IMG/VR virus record: IMGVR_UViG_3300047313_000057
Span: 32,001 to 96,000 of that record
Strand: one strand, 5' to 3'
From: a virus
Lineage: Duplodnaviria; Caudoviricetes
Length of the DNA: 64,000 nt
Under the pieces are notes generated by a model. It worked only from the letters and a program-made list of their open reading frames with translations, made no database searches and was not told the origin of the DNA. Of the stretch, positions 38,481 to 46,635 are shown piece after piece; within the stretch, counting starts at the first letter, position 1; each line of letters opens with the position of its first letter. The position numbers and the translations under genes are program-made.

Positions 38481-39971
38481 CTAACTGACCTCGGTGTCCG
38501 AGCCCGCGCCGCCGACCGCGGAAACCGACGCGGTCGCGCTCGCCGTCGAGCCTGAGAGCATCTGCCGGACGGCGGAAATCGAGGTGATCGCGGTCACGAT
38601 CGAATTACTGAGCATCGCGGTGACCCGGACGATGGCATAGACGACATTGGCCGCGGGCAGCGGCGGCGGCGGGATGATGGCGTAGGCGACAAGCGGCGGC
38701 TGCACGACCTGCTGCCACCAGGGCGCCCGGTCGTCGTAGTTGAATCTCCAGAACCGCGGCAGAACCTGCCCCGGCTGGCCGAAAAACTTCGCCTGCGTTG
38801 CCGTGAGGACGGCGGCATGGCTGGGTTGTACCGGCCATGTCCAGACGCTGGCGTCGTTCTGCGTGAAGTTGGGCCGGAACGGCGGCACCTGCCCCGGCTG
38901 GCCGTAGAAGCGCGCCTGGACGAAGATCGTCCGCATCGGCGGCGGCAACCACGTCCAGGCCGCGTCCTCCGAATAGAACGAAGGACGCGGATGGACGAGC
39001 GGGGCGCTGACCTGAAGGAGGGACCGCGAGGACGGCAGCGGGCGCGTCCACGCTGCGGGATCGTCCTGCGTCGCGTTCCAGCGGAACGGATACCCTTGAC
39101 CGGGCTGGCCATAGAACCGCGCCTGCGTCGTGGTGACGGCGGCCGAATAACTCGGCAGCGGCGCGCCCAGCCATGACGGCAGCTCGTCATAGGCCCGCTG
39201 GTATTGAATCTGATACGCGAACGGCTGCTGCTGCTGCGTCAACCCAAAAAGGATTGCAAACGGGATGTTCTGGTCTTCGGGAACAATCGACCATGGCGCC
39301 GTATCTTCATACTTGGTGCCAAACTTGACGATATGCTGGCCCGCGGCGAGCACGGCGCCGAACAAATGCCGTGGTGCCGGACGAAATCCCCAGATCGCCG
39401 GATCGTCGACGATGTAGCCCCAGACATAAAGCGAGCTGGCTGGAATGACCGGGTTCGTCGTCAGCAGATTGCTGTTGAGTGTCTCCGACGGCGGCTGCCA
39501 GTTCGCGGCATCGTCAGAGAGCTGATACGGCCACCACCGTTTGCTCGGGGCCTGCCCGCCCGCGCCATAGAAGCGCTGCTGGGTCAGGTTCGCGATGATC
39601 CACGAATCGAGGTTCTCAGTCGGCGGCTGCCATGACGGTGGATCGTCGATCGCCGCGAGCAGCGGCCGATTCCAGTTCTTGGCCGGGGCCTGCCCCGGCT
39701 GGCCGAAGAACTTGGCCTGCGTCGTGGTGAGCGCGATCGCACCGTCGCGATGGCTGATCGTGCCGGGGCCTGTCCAATCGCTGGCGTCGTTGTAGAGTTC
39801 GTAGGGCCACCACCGCTTGGTGGGCGCCTGCCCGGGCTGGCCGAAGAACTTGGCTTGCGTCCTGGTAAGCTGGATCGCCCCCGAGTTCATCCATTCCAGC
39901 TGCGGCCCCGTCCATTCCGCCAGATCGACGGGGCGCGGTGCCCAGAATGGCGCGCGGAGGACTTGGGCCAC
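38481..39971 (-). CDS. Trp/Pro/Gln-rich repeat protein
   Basis: Six copies of (T)Q(A)[K/R]F[F/Y]G[Q/A][P/G]GQ followed by a D-D/N-D...W motif. Confidence 0.7.
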   Translation of the reverse strand: MAQVLRAPFWAPRPVDLAEWTGPQLEWMNSGAIQLTRTQAKFFGQPGQAPTKRWWPYELYNDASDWTGPGTISHRDGAIALTTTQAKFFGQPGQAPAKNWNRPLLAAIDDPPSWQPPTENLDSWIIANLTQQRFYGAGGQAPSKRWWPYQLSDDAANWQPPSETLNSNLLTTNPVIPASSLYVWGYIVDDPAIWGFRPAPRHLFGAVLAAGQHIVKFGTKYEDTAPWSIVPEDQNIPFAILFGLTQQQQPFAYQIQYQRAYDELPSWLGAPLPSYSAAVTTTQARFYGQPGQGYPFRWNATQDDPAAWTRPLPSSRSLLQVSAPLVHPRPSFYSEDAAWTWLPPPMRTIFVQARFYGQPGQVPPFRPNFTQNDASVWTWPVQPSHAAVLTATQAKFFGQPGQVLPRFWRFNYDDRAPWWQQVVQPPLVAYAIIPPPPLPAANVVYAIVRVTAMLSNSIVTAITSISAVRQMLSGSTASATASVSAVGGAGSDTEVS

Positions 39972-39974
39972 GGT

Positions 39975-40253
39975 CTACTCACCGTAGGTATGCTTGAGCA
40001 GAAAGTTTCCCGGGCCGCAGTTCGATCCGCCGACGTCAAGACTGGAATTGTTGTTGAGATGCGGCGCCGAGCCGACGGCAGTGGCATAGCAGCCCGGACA
40101 GATCGGCCGGTTCTCGGAGGCCGCCACGCCCTGCCCGACGATGAACAGCGCCTTATTGAGAAACTCGCGCTCGCCGAGCGTCAGCGGCACCTTTTCCTCA
40201 AAAGGATTCTGGCACCAGCCGCAGCGTCTAAGCGGTCCGTGTCCCGGGATCAT
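39975..40253 (-). CDS. Small zinc-binding protein
   Basis: CGWC...CPGC; ATGA coupling. Confidence 0.5.
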   Translation of the reverse strand: MIPGHGPLRRCGWCQNPFEEKVPLTLGEREFLNKALFIVGQGVAASENRPICPGCYATAVGSAPHLNNNSSLDVGGSNCGPGNFLLKHTYGE

Positions 40254-40480
40254 CGCACGGTGTCGATCGACTGCTCGCGCGCGCGGTTTTTTTGCTTGGT
40301 GTTGCGCGGATTCCCGTCGATATGATCCGCTACCGCCACGACGCCCATCTCGACCGCGCGGCGATATTCGGTGCCGCAGCCTTCCCACGGCGGCGCAAGG
40401 AACACCTTGCAATATTCGCGGTGGAAGGCGCGGGCGAGATCGTCGATATACTTTTCGCGCTCGGCGTTGGCGCGCATCAT
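40250..40480 (-). CDS. Small hypothetical protein
   Basis: Coupled to both neighbours. Confidence 0.5.
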   Translation of the reverse strand: MMRANAEREKYIDDLARAFHREYCKVFLAPPWEGCGTEYRRAVEMGVVAVADHIDGNPRNTKQKNRAREQSIDTVR

Positions 40481-40995
40481 AATGCCTCGTAGATCAAATG
40501 ACTGCCGACGGCCCCCATCGTGCCGCCGGTGAACGCGGACAATGATACCTCGCCGTTCGTGGCGGCAGTATTCCCGTACAGCATCGGACACTCCTCTAAA
40601 CGGTTCGCGCGCCAGAAGTACACGCCGCCAAAGGCGTTGAGCGAACAGTTGAGCAGGTGGCCACCGAGCGAGCGCACCGGCGCCGACGTAACAAAAACAT
40701 TCCCTGAACCTGTGGCGGTTCCGAGCGTCGTGAAGTTCGGGTTCAAGAAGTTGTCGCTGCCGGTGCCGTAGCTCTGGGCGCCGACGCCGACCGTCGAATC
40801 GTAGGACAGGATGATGAACATCGGCGATGACGACGACGCCGCCTGTCCGTTGATGCTGATCTCCCAGACATAGACTTGCTGAGTCGTGTTGCTGCCCTTG
40901 AGGGCGTGCAGATAGGTGCCGTTCACGAGCGCAGCGCCGTCGGCATAGGCCGCCATGGCGGCGGTCGTCGGAATGTTGGCAATCCTGCGTGCCAT
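40477..40995 (-). CDS. Putative virion structural protein
   Basis: GAGGAG RBS; Gly/Ser/Thr-rich beta-type sequence. Confidence 0.6.
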   Translation of the reverse strand: MARRIANIPTTAAMAAYADGAALVNGTYLHALKGSNTTQQVYVWEISINGQAASSSSPMFIILSYDSTVGVGAQSYGTGSDNFLNPNFTTLGTATGSGNVFVTSAPVRSLGGHLLNCSLNAFGGVYFWRANRLEECPMLYGNTAATNGEVSLSAFTGGTMGAVGSHLIYEAL

Positions 40996-41013
40996 GGTTC
41001 AACTCCTCAAGAA

Positions 41014-41370
41014 TCAAGGAACGATGATCCTGCCCTTTGCCGCGGCGTCCATGTGCTCGTCGACGATCCTCTGCCACGGCCGGCATTCGCCGGTAAGCAC
41101 GCGCGCCGTCTCGCACGCGTCGCACACGAAGCCGTCGCATTTCGGACAGTAGCCGCGGGACCGCGTGCGATCGGGGTTGATGACGACGATGCGCGGGCAG
41201 TGCCGGCATTTCTTGGTGACGAATTGCAGCCTCTTGCTCGCCGGCTGCGCAATGACCGGCGCCGGGCCGCGATAGCCCGCAGCCGCGGCCTCCGCGCGGG
41301 AAATGCCGGGGGATTCCCGGTTGTCGATTTCGAGGTAGCCCTCGAACGAGGATTGCAGAAGGCGCGTCAT
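41014..41370 (-). CDS. Zinc-binding phage protein
   Basis: GYL.ID.R, CRHC, R.R.RGYCPKCD..VCD.C. Confidence 0.65.
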   Translation of the reverse strand: MTRLLQSSFEGYLEIDNRESPGISRAEAAAAGYRGPAPVIAQPASKRLQFVTKKCRHCPRIVVINPDRTRSRGYCPKCDGFVCDACETARVLTGECRPWQRIVDEHMDAAAKGRIIVP

Positions 41371-42125
41371 ATCATGAGAAGCGGCGTCGATCCCTGCAGC
41401 GTATCGGCACCGCCGGCCGGATTCTCGATGGCATCGCCGGTCAGCAACCAGCAGTGCGTATTGGTTCCGAACGCGACGGTCGCGTTGCTCTGCGAGGAGG
41501 CGAACAGCCGGTATTCGCTGGCGATGGAGCAGGCGTTGGAAGCGCCGCCGTTGGCGGCGGCGTCGATCAACGTGAAGTTCGTTCCCTGCGTTTCCGTGAT
41601 GGAGTTGCCGCACAGAAAGAAGCCCAGCACCATGGCCGGATTGTTCGTCGCGGCGCCGCTCACTGTCACTGCGGAATCGCTGGACGACGTCGTGTTGCTG
41701 GTCTGGGCCGGACAAGCCACATTCGACGTCCAGACCGGGACGTTGGAACTGTCATAATTGACGCCGAAGGCGCTGATGCAGGCATCATCGATCGTCGCAT
41801 TCGCGGTGACTTTGAAAACCGCGCCTGTCAGCGCCGTCGTCGCAGAGGCCGACCACACCTCCAACGACAGGCCGCCTTCGTTCGCGATCGAACCGGGATT
41901 ATCCACGTAAAGCGACGACCGCCGGGTGAAGGTGCCGACGGTGCCGGTGCCGCCGGTCTTGCTGATGCCCGAAACGATTGCGTGCGTATTCCCCGCGACC
42001 ACCTCCAGCGTCACGGCGATGACGATCAGGTCGTTGGCATTCGCCGTTGTCAGTGTCACCGAGGCGTTATTGGCCGAACTCCAGTTACTGACGACGGCAT
42101 GGCCGTCAAGCGACAGCGTCGCCAT
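41367..42125 (-). CDS. Putative virion surface protein (Ser/Thr/Ala-rich beta sandwich)
   Basis: TT..AND.IVI.V, LEVW.A.A pattern. Confidence 0.6.
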   Translation of the reverse strand: MATLSLDGHAVVSNWSSANNASVTLTTANANDLIVIAVTLEVVAGNTHAIVSGISKTGGTGTVGTFTRRSSLYVDNPGSIANEGGLSLEVWSASATTALTGAVFKVTANATIDDACISAFGVNYDSSNVPVWTSNVACPAQTSNTTSSSDSAVTVSGAATNNPAMVLGFFLCGNSITETQGTNFTLIDAAANGGASNACSIASEYRLFASSQSNATVAFGTNTHCWLLTGDAIENPAGGADTLQGSTPLLMI

Positions 42126-42130
42126 TTACG

Positions 42131-42529
42131 TCACACATTGCAGTTAGCCATCGTGTTCCAGGCGGCGGCCACCGCATTGTTGATGTCCGAATCCGTCGCG
42201 CCGGTCGATGCCGGCGTCGCGGTGGTGACGGCCGCGGCGACCGTGGCGTCCGTCGTCGCCGTGGTGAAATTGGCGGCGTTCTGCGTTACCACGTCGTTGG
42301 CAAGGATTGGATTTGATGCCGCCGCCCAGGCAAAATCCGCGATGTAGACATTCGGGTTGTTCAAGACCTGAAAGGCGTAGGCTTTTCTGGTCACATGGTT
42401 GGCGATGTTCTGCCCTTCGGCCCCGATCGAATAGACCGCATAGTTGAATACCGATGCCTGGACGCGCTGGACGAACACGGCATCGATGGCGATCCGCGAC
42501 ATGTCGTAGAGCGTTGCCGTGACGGTCAT
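42131..42529 (-). CDS. Putative virion structural protein
   Basis: F..RV, NH..R..YA..V, TD.DI..AV...W..MA. Confidence 0.6.
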   Translation of the reverse strand: MTVTATLYDMSRIAIDAVFVQRVQASVFNYAVYSIGAEGQNIANHVTRKAYAFQVLNNPNVYIADFAWAAASNPILANDVVTQNAANFTTATTDATVAAAVTTATPASTGATDSDINNAVAAAWNTMANCNV

Positions 42530-42541
42530 GGCTGCGTCCTC

Positions 42542-42976
42542 TCAACGGAAGGGAAAGGGGCTGACCGGCCGGGGATGGCCGGGAATGTAGCGCATGGTGC
42601 GGAAGATCGCGGTCGCGCGCCAATACGCAAAGCCGTACTTCGTCTGATCGAACCACGCCGCTGTTCCTGGCGGCACGCCCGTGTCAAACCCGGCGCTCAC
42701 GCTGCCTTGGCCCGCCGTGGTGACGCGGCCGACCGGATCGTTGGCGCTTGCCGGGTTGGCGCTCGTCCCGAAATAGAGCTGCGCGAGATGCGCCACCATC
42801 ATGTTCAGGAACACGGTCTGTGCCGCCGCGTTCCTGACCGGCCCGCCGCCGTCGTTTCTATGATAGATCGTCGCCTCGGCGAACAGTTCGCCCGCCTGCG
42901 TGGAGTTGACGCTGCCCGCAAACTCCGGATATCTGGCAACCCACTGATCGTAATTGAAAGCGACGGAAACGCCCAT
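42542..42976 (-). CDS. Head-tail adaptor (DUF4054)
   Basis: F.Y..W..RYPEF, L.MMVAH.A.L, VGRV..A.QGSVS, WF.QT.YG..YW. Confidence 0.85.
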   Translation of the reverse strand: MGVSVAFNYDQWVARYPEFAGSVNSTQAGELFAEATIYHRNDGGGPVRNAAAQTVFLNMMVAHLAQLYFGTSANPASANDPVGRVTTAGQGSVSAGFDTGVPPGTAAWFDQTKYGFAYWRATAIFRTMRYIPGHPRPVSPFPFR

Positions 42977-43379
42977 GTCATGTCCTGACTTGATTTCCCG
43001 CCTTGACGCTTTGACCGGCCCAGATCCCAAAATAGACGCGGAGATTTGCCCCTATCCGGTAAAGCGCAATGAACATCCAGATATTCTAAAAGATGGCGAC
43101 TGGCTCTATGAACTTCCCCAGCACCACGGACGCGCCTGGGATTATGTGCCCCGCTACACCGCCTCCATCGACGCGGCGCTGACGCTGGTGCCGAACGGCT
43201 GGCATCCCGTCATCGACTATCGCGACAAGCTCGATGGATCATCCTCTGTAGTGCTGTACGAATTTCCGCAGCCTTGTCGTCGCATTCCAGAGGCACCATT
43301 CTCGATCATCAAGACGTCAGCGGCCATCGCCCTTCTCATCGCCATCTTGATAGCGCGAGAGGCCATTATCGAGTCGTAG
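42975..43379 (+). CDS. Antisense phage protein (ABA-sandwich/BC1872-like)
   Basis: LI.RL...TGPD..IDAEI, P.YT.SIDAA.TLVP.GW, AIAL..A.L.AR. Confidence 0.7.
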   Translation: MSCPDLISRLDALTGPDPKIDAEICPYPVKRNEHPDILKDGDWLYELPQHHGRAWDYVPRYTASIDAALTLVPNGWHPVIDYRDKLDGSSSVVLYEFPQPCRRIPEAPFSIIKTSAAIALLIAILIAREAIIES

Positions 43380-43402
43380 CTGAAAGCGACGATGACGCCC
43401 AT
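43373..43402 (-). repeat. Diverged duplicate of the DUF4054 5' end (copy of 42947..42976)
   Basis: 24/30 nt identity; MGVIVAFSYD versus MGVSVAFNYD. Confidence 0.8.
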
Positions 43403-43408
43403 TCTGGA

Positions 43409-43753
43409 TTACCTGTGCTTGGGAAGTTGCTGCTGAACCTCGATCTTGTTGGACCTCACCTCATGTTCGAGTTCGGAGAGCCGCGACGCCAAACTCTCGA
43501 TCTTGAGGTCACGCAATTGAAAGTCCCGCATGGCATCCCCCGCCGTGTAACGCGTCGGCGCCCAGCTGTTGAGTTCCGCCGACAGGACGCGGACGTCGGA
43601 TTGAAGGCTGATGATCGAGACCAGAGTCCAGCCGAGAAGTCCAAGTGCGGCGATTGCTGCACCCCGGCCTAGTACCGTAAACCATGAGTTTTGAGCGAGA
43701 TCGTAACCGGCATTACTAAGGCCGTCCATTATACCACCCATGACAGCCAGCAA
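43409..43753 (-). CDS. Single-TM coiled-coil membrane protein
   Basis: Hydrophobic helix followed by a coiled coil. Confidence 0.55.
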   Translation of the reverse strand: MLAVMGGIMDGLSNAGYDLAQNSWFTVLGRGAAIAALGLLGWTLVSIISLQSDVRVLSAELNSWAPTRYTAGDAMRDFQLRDLKIESLASRLSELEHEVRSNKIEVQQQLPKHR

Positions 43754-44302
43754 TCACCGCGCCGCGCGGTTGCCCATCTCTTCGGCGGTCTCGATCTGGC
43801 CCGCCTTGAAGCCCCGCGGCGGTTTGGTCGGATCGACCGGCTCGAGCCCCGTCACCAGGCTCTCGTTGTCGATGCAATGGCGCTCGGCGTCCTCCATCGA
43901 CTTGTGGGCGACGATCAGCTCGTTCCTCACATAGTCGGCGTCCTTGTTCTGAGCGTACCAGTCGTTCCAGAACTCCTCCGGGATCCCCGAGGTCAGCGCA
44001 TAGCCGCCGGCAATGAGATATCTCGGGACCTGCCCGACCGGGAACGCCGGCCCCTTGACGACGTAGCGCGGCCCGACCTTGCGGCCGATCTGGATGTCGC
44101 GATGGCCCCCGCCCATCACCGGCTCGATGGTGCGCTCCATGGTGGAGAGCTGGAGGATCAGCCCATTCGGGATCTTGCACCCGACGATCACCGTTCCCGA
44201 AGTGGCGCGGGTCGTCGTGCGCAAATCGGAATCGGCGCCTGACGTGCCGATGACGCGCTCCTCGGCGCGGCGCTCCTTTTTCTCGGCGTTGGTACTGGCC
44301 AT
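43754..44302 (-). CDS. Conserved head-region phage protein
   Basis: V.VGCK.PNGL.L, YALT..IP.EFW..W..QN, GLEP.DP motifs; usual position between capsid and adaptor. Confidence 0.75.
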   Translation of the reverse strand: MASTNAEKKERRAEERVIGTSGADSDLRTTTRATSGTVIVGCKIPNGLILQLSTMERTIEPVMGGGHRDIQIGRKVGPRYVVKGPAFPVGQVPRYLIAGGYALTSGIPEEFWNDWYAQNKDADYVRNELIVAHKSMEDAERHCIDNESLVTGLEPVDPTKPPRGFKAGQIETAEEMGNRAAR

Positions 44303-44401
44303 TGATGTTTGCCTCGTTTCAGGTGTTGACGGATTATCAATCGCGCTTTATATATGGATGGAAGACATCATCGTTGGCTGCGCTTGAAAAGGACCGTCCA
44401 A

Positions 44402-44650
44402 ATGAACGACCACCCGACCATGGAACAATTCGAGACGCTGGAAAAGCGTGTGGCCGAACTCGAACACGCTCGACTCAGCGTTGATGCTGCCATCGACCGC
44501 GTCGGCATCGCCATCGGCGAGACAATCAGCGCCAGACTGGCAACAGTGTTCGATGAGAACATTCAAACGCTGGTACGCAAAATCGATGACAATAACGCCG
44601 CGGTTTTAGCGCAGTTTGAAAAACTGCATGAGGGTCCGCAAGAACATTGA
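44402..44650 (+). CDS. Coiled-coil hypothetical protein
   Basis: AAAAGGA RBS. Confidence 0.55.
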   Translation: MNDHPTMEQFETLEKRVAELEHARLSVDAAIDRVGIAIGETISARLATVFDENIQTLVRKIDDNNAAVLAQFEKLHEGPQEH

Positions 44651-44661
44651 GAGGTACGGCC

Positions 44662-44862
44662 ATGAAACTCGGCGAACTGATCGCGCTCAGTAGAGAACTC
44701 AAGGGATGGTCGCTGCGCGATCTCGCACAGCGCAGCGACATGTCCAGCGGCGCGATTTCCCAGATCGAGACCGGGTACATCGCCGAGCCGTCATTCCGCA
44801 AGATCGTGCGGATTGCCAAGGCGCTCGGCGTGTCGCTCGACCGCCTGGCCGCTACCGAATAA
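44662..44862 (+). CDS. Xre/Cro-family HTH regulator
   Basis: R..KGWS...LA......ISQIETG...PS......IAKALGVS. Confidence 0.9.
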   Translation: MKLGELIALSRELKGWSLRDLAQRSDMSSGAISQIETGYIAEPSFRKIVRIAKALGVSLDRLAATE

Positions 44863-44873
44863 GGAGAACGACA

Positions 44874-45266
44874 ATGTTGATCGTGTTAGGTTGGATCGTG
44901 CTCGCCATCGCTGCCGGTGCCGTCGCCAGCGCCAAGGGACGCAGCGGCATCGGCTGGTTCCTGCTGTCGCTCCTCATCACGCCGGTCTTGACGCTGCTCA
45001 TGCTGGCGGCGCTGCCGAATCAGCATTACGTCGACGCCTCCGGCGTCCGGCGCCGCGTCATGACGCAGCACGAATATGACCGCAGCCTCGCCGGTCCCCA
45101 GGAAATCGCCATCCCCCGCAAGCTTGAACTCGGGCTCTTCTATGCGCTTCTCGCCGTTCTCGTGATCGGCGTCATCGCGACCTTCGTGACCACCAGCATG
45201 CAAGCGCCGCAGCCCGCGCGCACCGCGACGGAAATGCAGCAGCCGGCGCCCTGGCAACGTCAGTGA
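44874..45266 (+). CDS. Membrane protein
   Basis: AAGGAG RBS; A..KGRS..GWF.L...P motif; several TM segments. Confidence 0.7.
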   Translation: MLIVLGWIVLAIAAGAVASAKGRSGIGWFLLSLLITPVLTLLMLAALPNQHYVDASGVRRRVMTQHEYDRSLAGPQEIAIPRKLELGLFYALLAVLVIGVIATFVTTSMQAPQPARTATEMQQPAPWQRQ

Positions 45267-45302
45267 AATAGAAGCTTTAACCCCCAGGAAAGGAACCTCA
45301 TC

Positions 45303-45488
45303 ATGGCAACATGGAAATGCGAGAAGTGCGGCGTTATCAATCAAGGGGCAAAGAAGAAATGCTCCTTCTGCGGGCAGCATTATCCGCGGCTCCGGCACCG
45401 CAGTGCTGCCGAGCAAATTGTCGAGTTCGTCTCCTGTCAGGCGGAAGGAGACGAGGAACTTCTCCAGATCGTGGGTGCCATTATCTAG
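45303..45488 (+). CDS. RanBP2-like zinc finger protein
   Basis: W.C..C...N......C..CG. Confidence 0.6.
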   Translation: MATWKCEKCGVINQGAKKKCSFCGQHYPRLRHRSAAEQIVEFVSCQAEGDEELLQIVGAII

Positions 45489-45498
45489 GTGCGCGCCA

Positions 45499-45699
45499 TC
45501 ACGCCGCCTTTTCCAGCGCCGCCTTGAGCCGCCGAACCATGACGACATAGCGCATGTACGTCTCGCACGCCGGGCGATTGAGCCGCAATGTCGATTGCTC
45601 GACGGCGTTGAGGCCGAGCGCGATGTCGGCGTCACAGCGCTGCAGCGCGAACTCGACGAGATCGTCGGCGAGTTCGATGGTGCGGGTGGCTTGGCTCAT
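45499..45699 (-). CDS. Hypothetical protein
   Basis: ATGA-coupled to the HNH gene. Confidence 0.45.
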   Translation of the reverse strand: MSQATRTIELADDLVEFALQRCDADIALGLNAVEQSTLRLNRPACETYMRYVVMVRRLKAALEKAA

Positions 45700-46019
45700 T
45701 GCTTTCGTGATGCAGAGACAAGGGGCAGCGGCAGCGGCAACTGATTGTCGTTCGCCGCGACGGGCACCTTGTGCAGTTGGTCATGACAGGCGCGGCACAC
45801 TGCGAACAGGTCTTCGGGTTGCTCGTGGTAGAGCCGGTCGTAGTGGAGATGGTGGACGATCATGGCCGCCCGGACGTGGCAGCGTTCGCAGAGCCATCCG
45901 ATGCGGCGCATGTAGTCGGCGCGCGTGCGTTTCCACGCTGCCGAACGCAGGTAGACGCGGTAGTACCAGTCGGTACGGGTGAGATTTTGTATGCTATTGC
46001 GTTCCGACGCTGGTTTCAT
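45696..46019 (-). CDS. HNH endonuclease (small, zinc-binding)
   Basis: YL.S..W...R, CERC, VHH..Y......DL..VC..CH...H. Confidence 0.85.
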   Translation of the reverse strand: MKPASERNSIQNLTRTDWYYRVYLRSAAWKRTRADYMRRIGWLCERCHVRAAMIVHHLHYDRLYHEQPEDLFAVCRACHDQLHKVPVAANDNQLPLPLPLVSASRKQ

Positions 46020-46530
46020 GTTCTCGAATCCTTTCCTCAAGTAAGGAAAGGACATTGCCCACATCACCTCTCAAATATCTACGACAGAAATGTAGCAACT
46101 CGTCATTCTCAAGGTTACCCAACAATAGCGGACTAAAGCCAGTGACACGTTGATATACTTCTGCCTCGCCATGACCCAAGAAAAGACACGCAAATAAAAT
46201 TTCTACTATCAATGACTGTTCCATGTATTCGACAACGTCGATATTTTCTTGAGAAATATCGCATCCGAAATAAAGTGCCACTCCCCTAAGGTCCAATCTT
46301 AAAGGGCTTTTTTCTTTTGTGAGATCTCTTAGCCAAGGAATAACGTCCTTGACTTTTCTTTTTTCACCTAAAGCTCTCCGAATTGTAAATCTTGACCATC
46401 CCTTATGATAAATTTGGAGGTCTTCCATAAGCTTGGAAATCTCTTTATCCGACATAAGGACATTAAGGAGTGCCTTTTCAACAACAGCTTTGCCAAAGGC
46501 ATCTCCCCAAAGATCTGACACGACGTCCAT
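45994..46530 (-). CDS. AT-rich hypothetical protein
   Basis: 178-aa ORF in a low-GC island. Confidence 0.5.
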   Translation of the reverse strand: MDVVSDLWGDAFGKAVVEKALLNVLMSDKEISKLMEDLQIYHKGWSRFTIRRALGEKRKVKDVIPWLRDLTKEKSPLRLDLRGVALYFGCDISQENIDVVEYMEQSLIVEILFACLFLGHGEAEVYQRVTGFSPLLLGNLENDELLHFCRRYLRGDVGNVLSLLEERIREHETSVGTQ

Positions 46531-46635
46531 AGAAAGCTTTCCCAGATGCGTCTACTGTGCCTACAATAATAGCTTTTTCCCCTTAATAAAAGGAAACCAA
46601 CAGAAATGTACCTGCTACACAAATGTAGCAACTCG
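46088..46635. repeat. 15-bp direct repeat AAATGTAGCAACTCG (46088..46102 and 46621..46635) flanking an AT-rich island
   Basis: Exact match seen in the sequence. Confidence 0.75.

Noticed and set aside
38700-39870. Repeated CCTGCCCCGGCTGGCC-like DNA units as a CRISPR array
   Set aside because: Irregular spacing, degenerate at third codon positions, in frame within a protein, and no cas genes.
43409-43753. Holin call
   Set aside because: Single TM helix and no adjacent endolysin; support is insufficient.
46560-46631. -1 frameshift at GGGAAAA joining 46368..46631 to 45994..46530
   Set aside because: The -1 frame hits TAG a few codons later.
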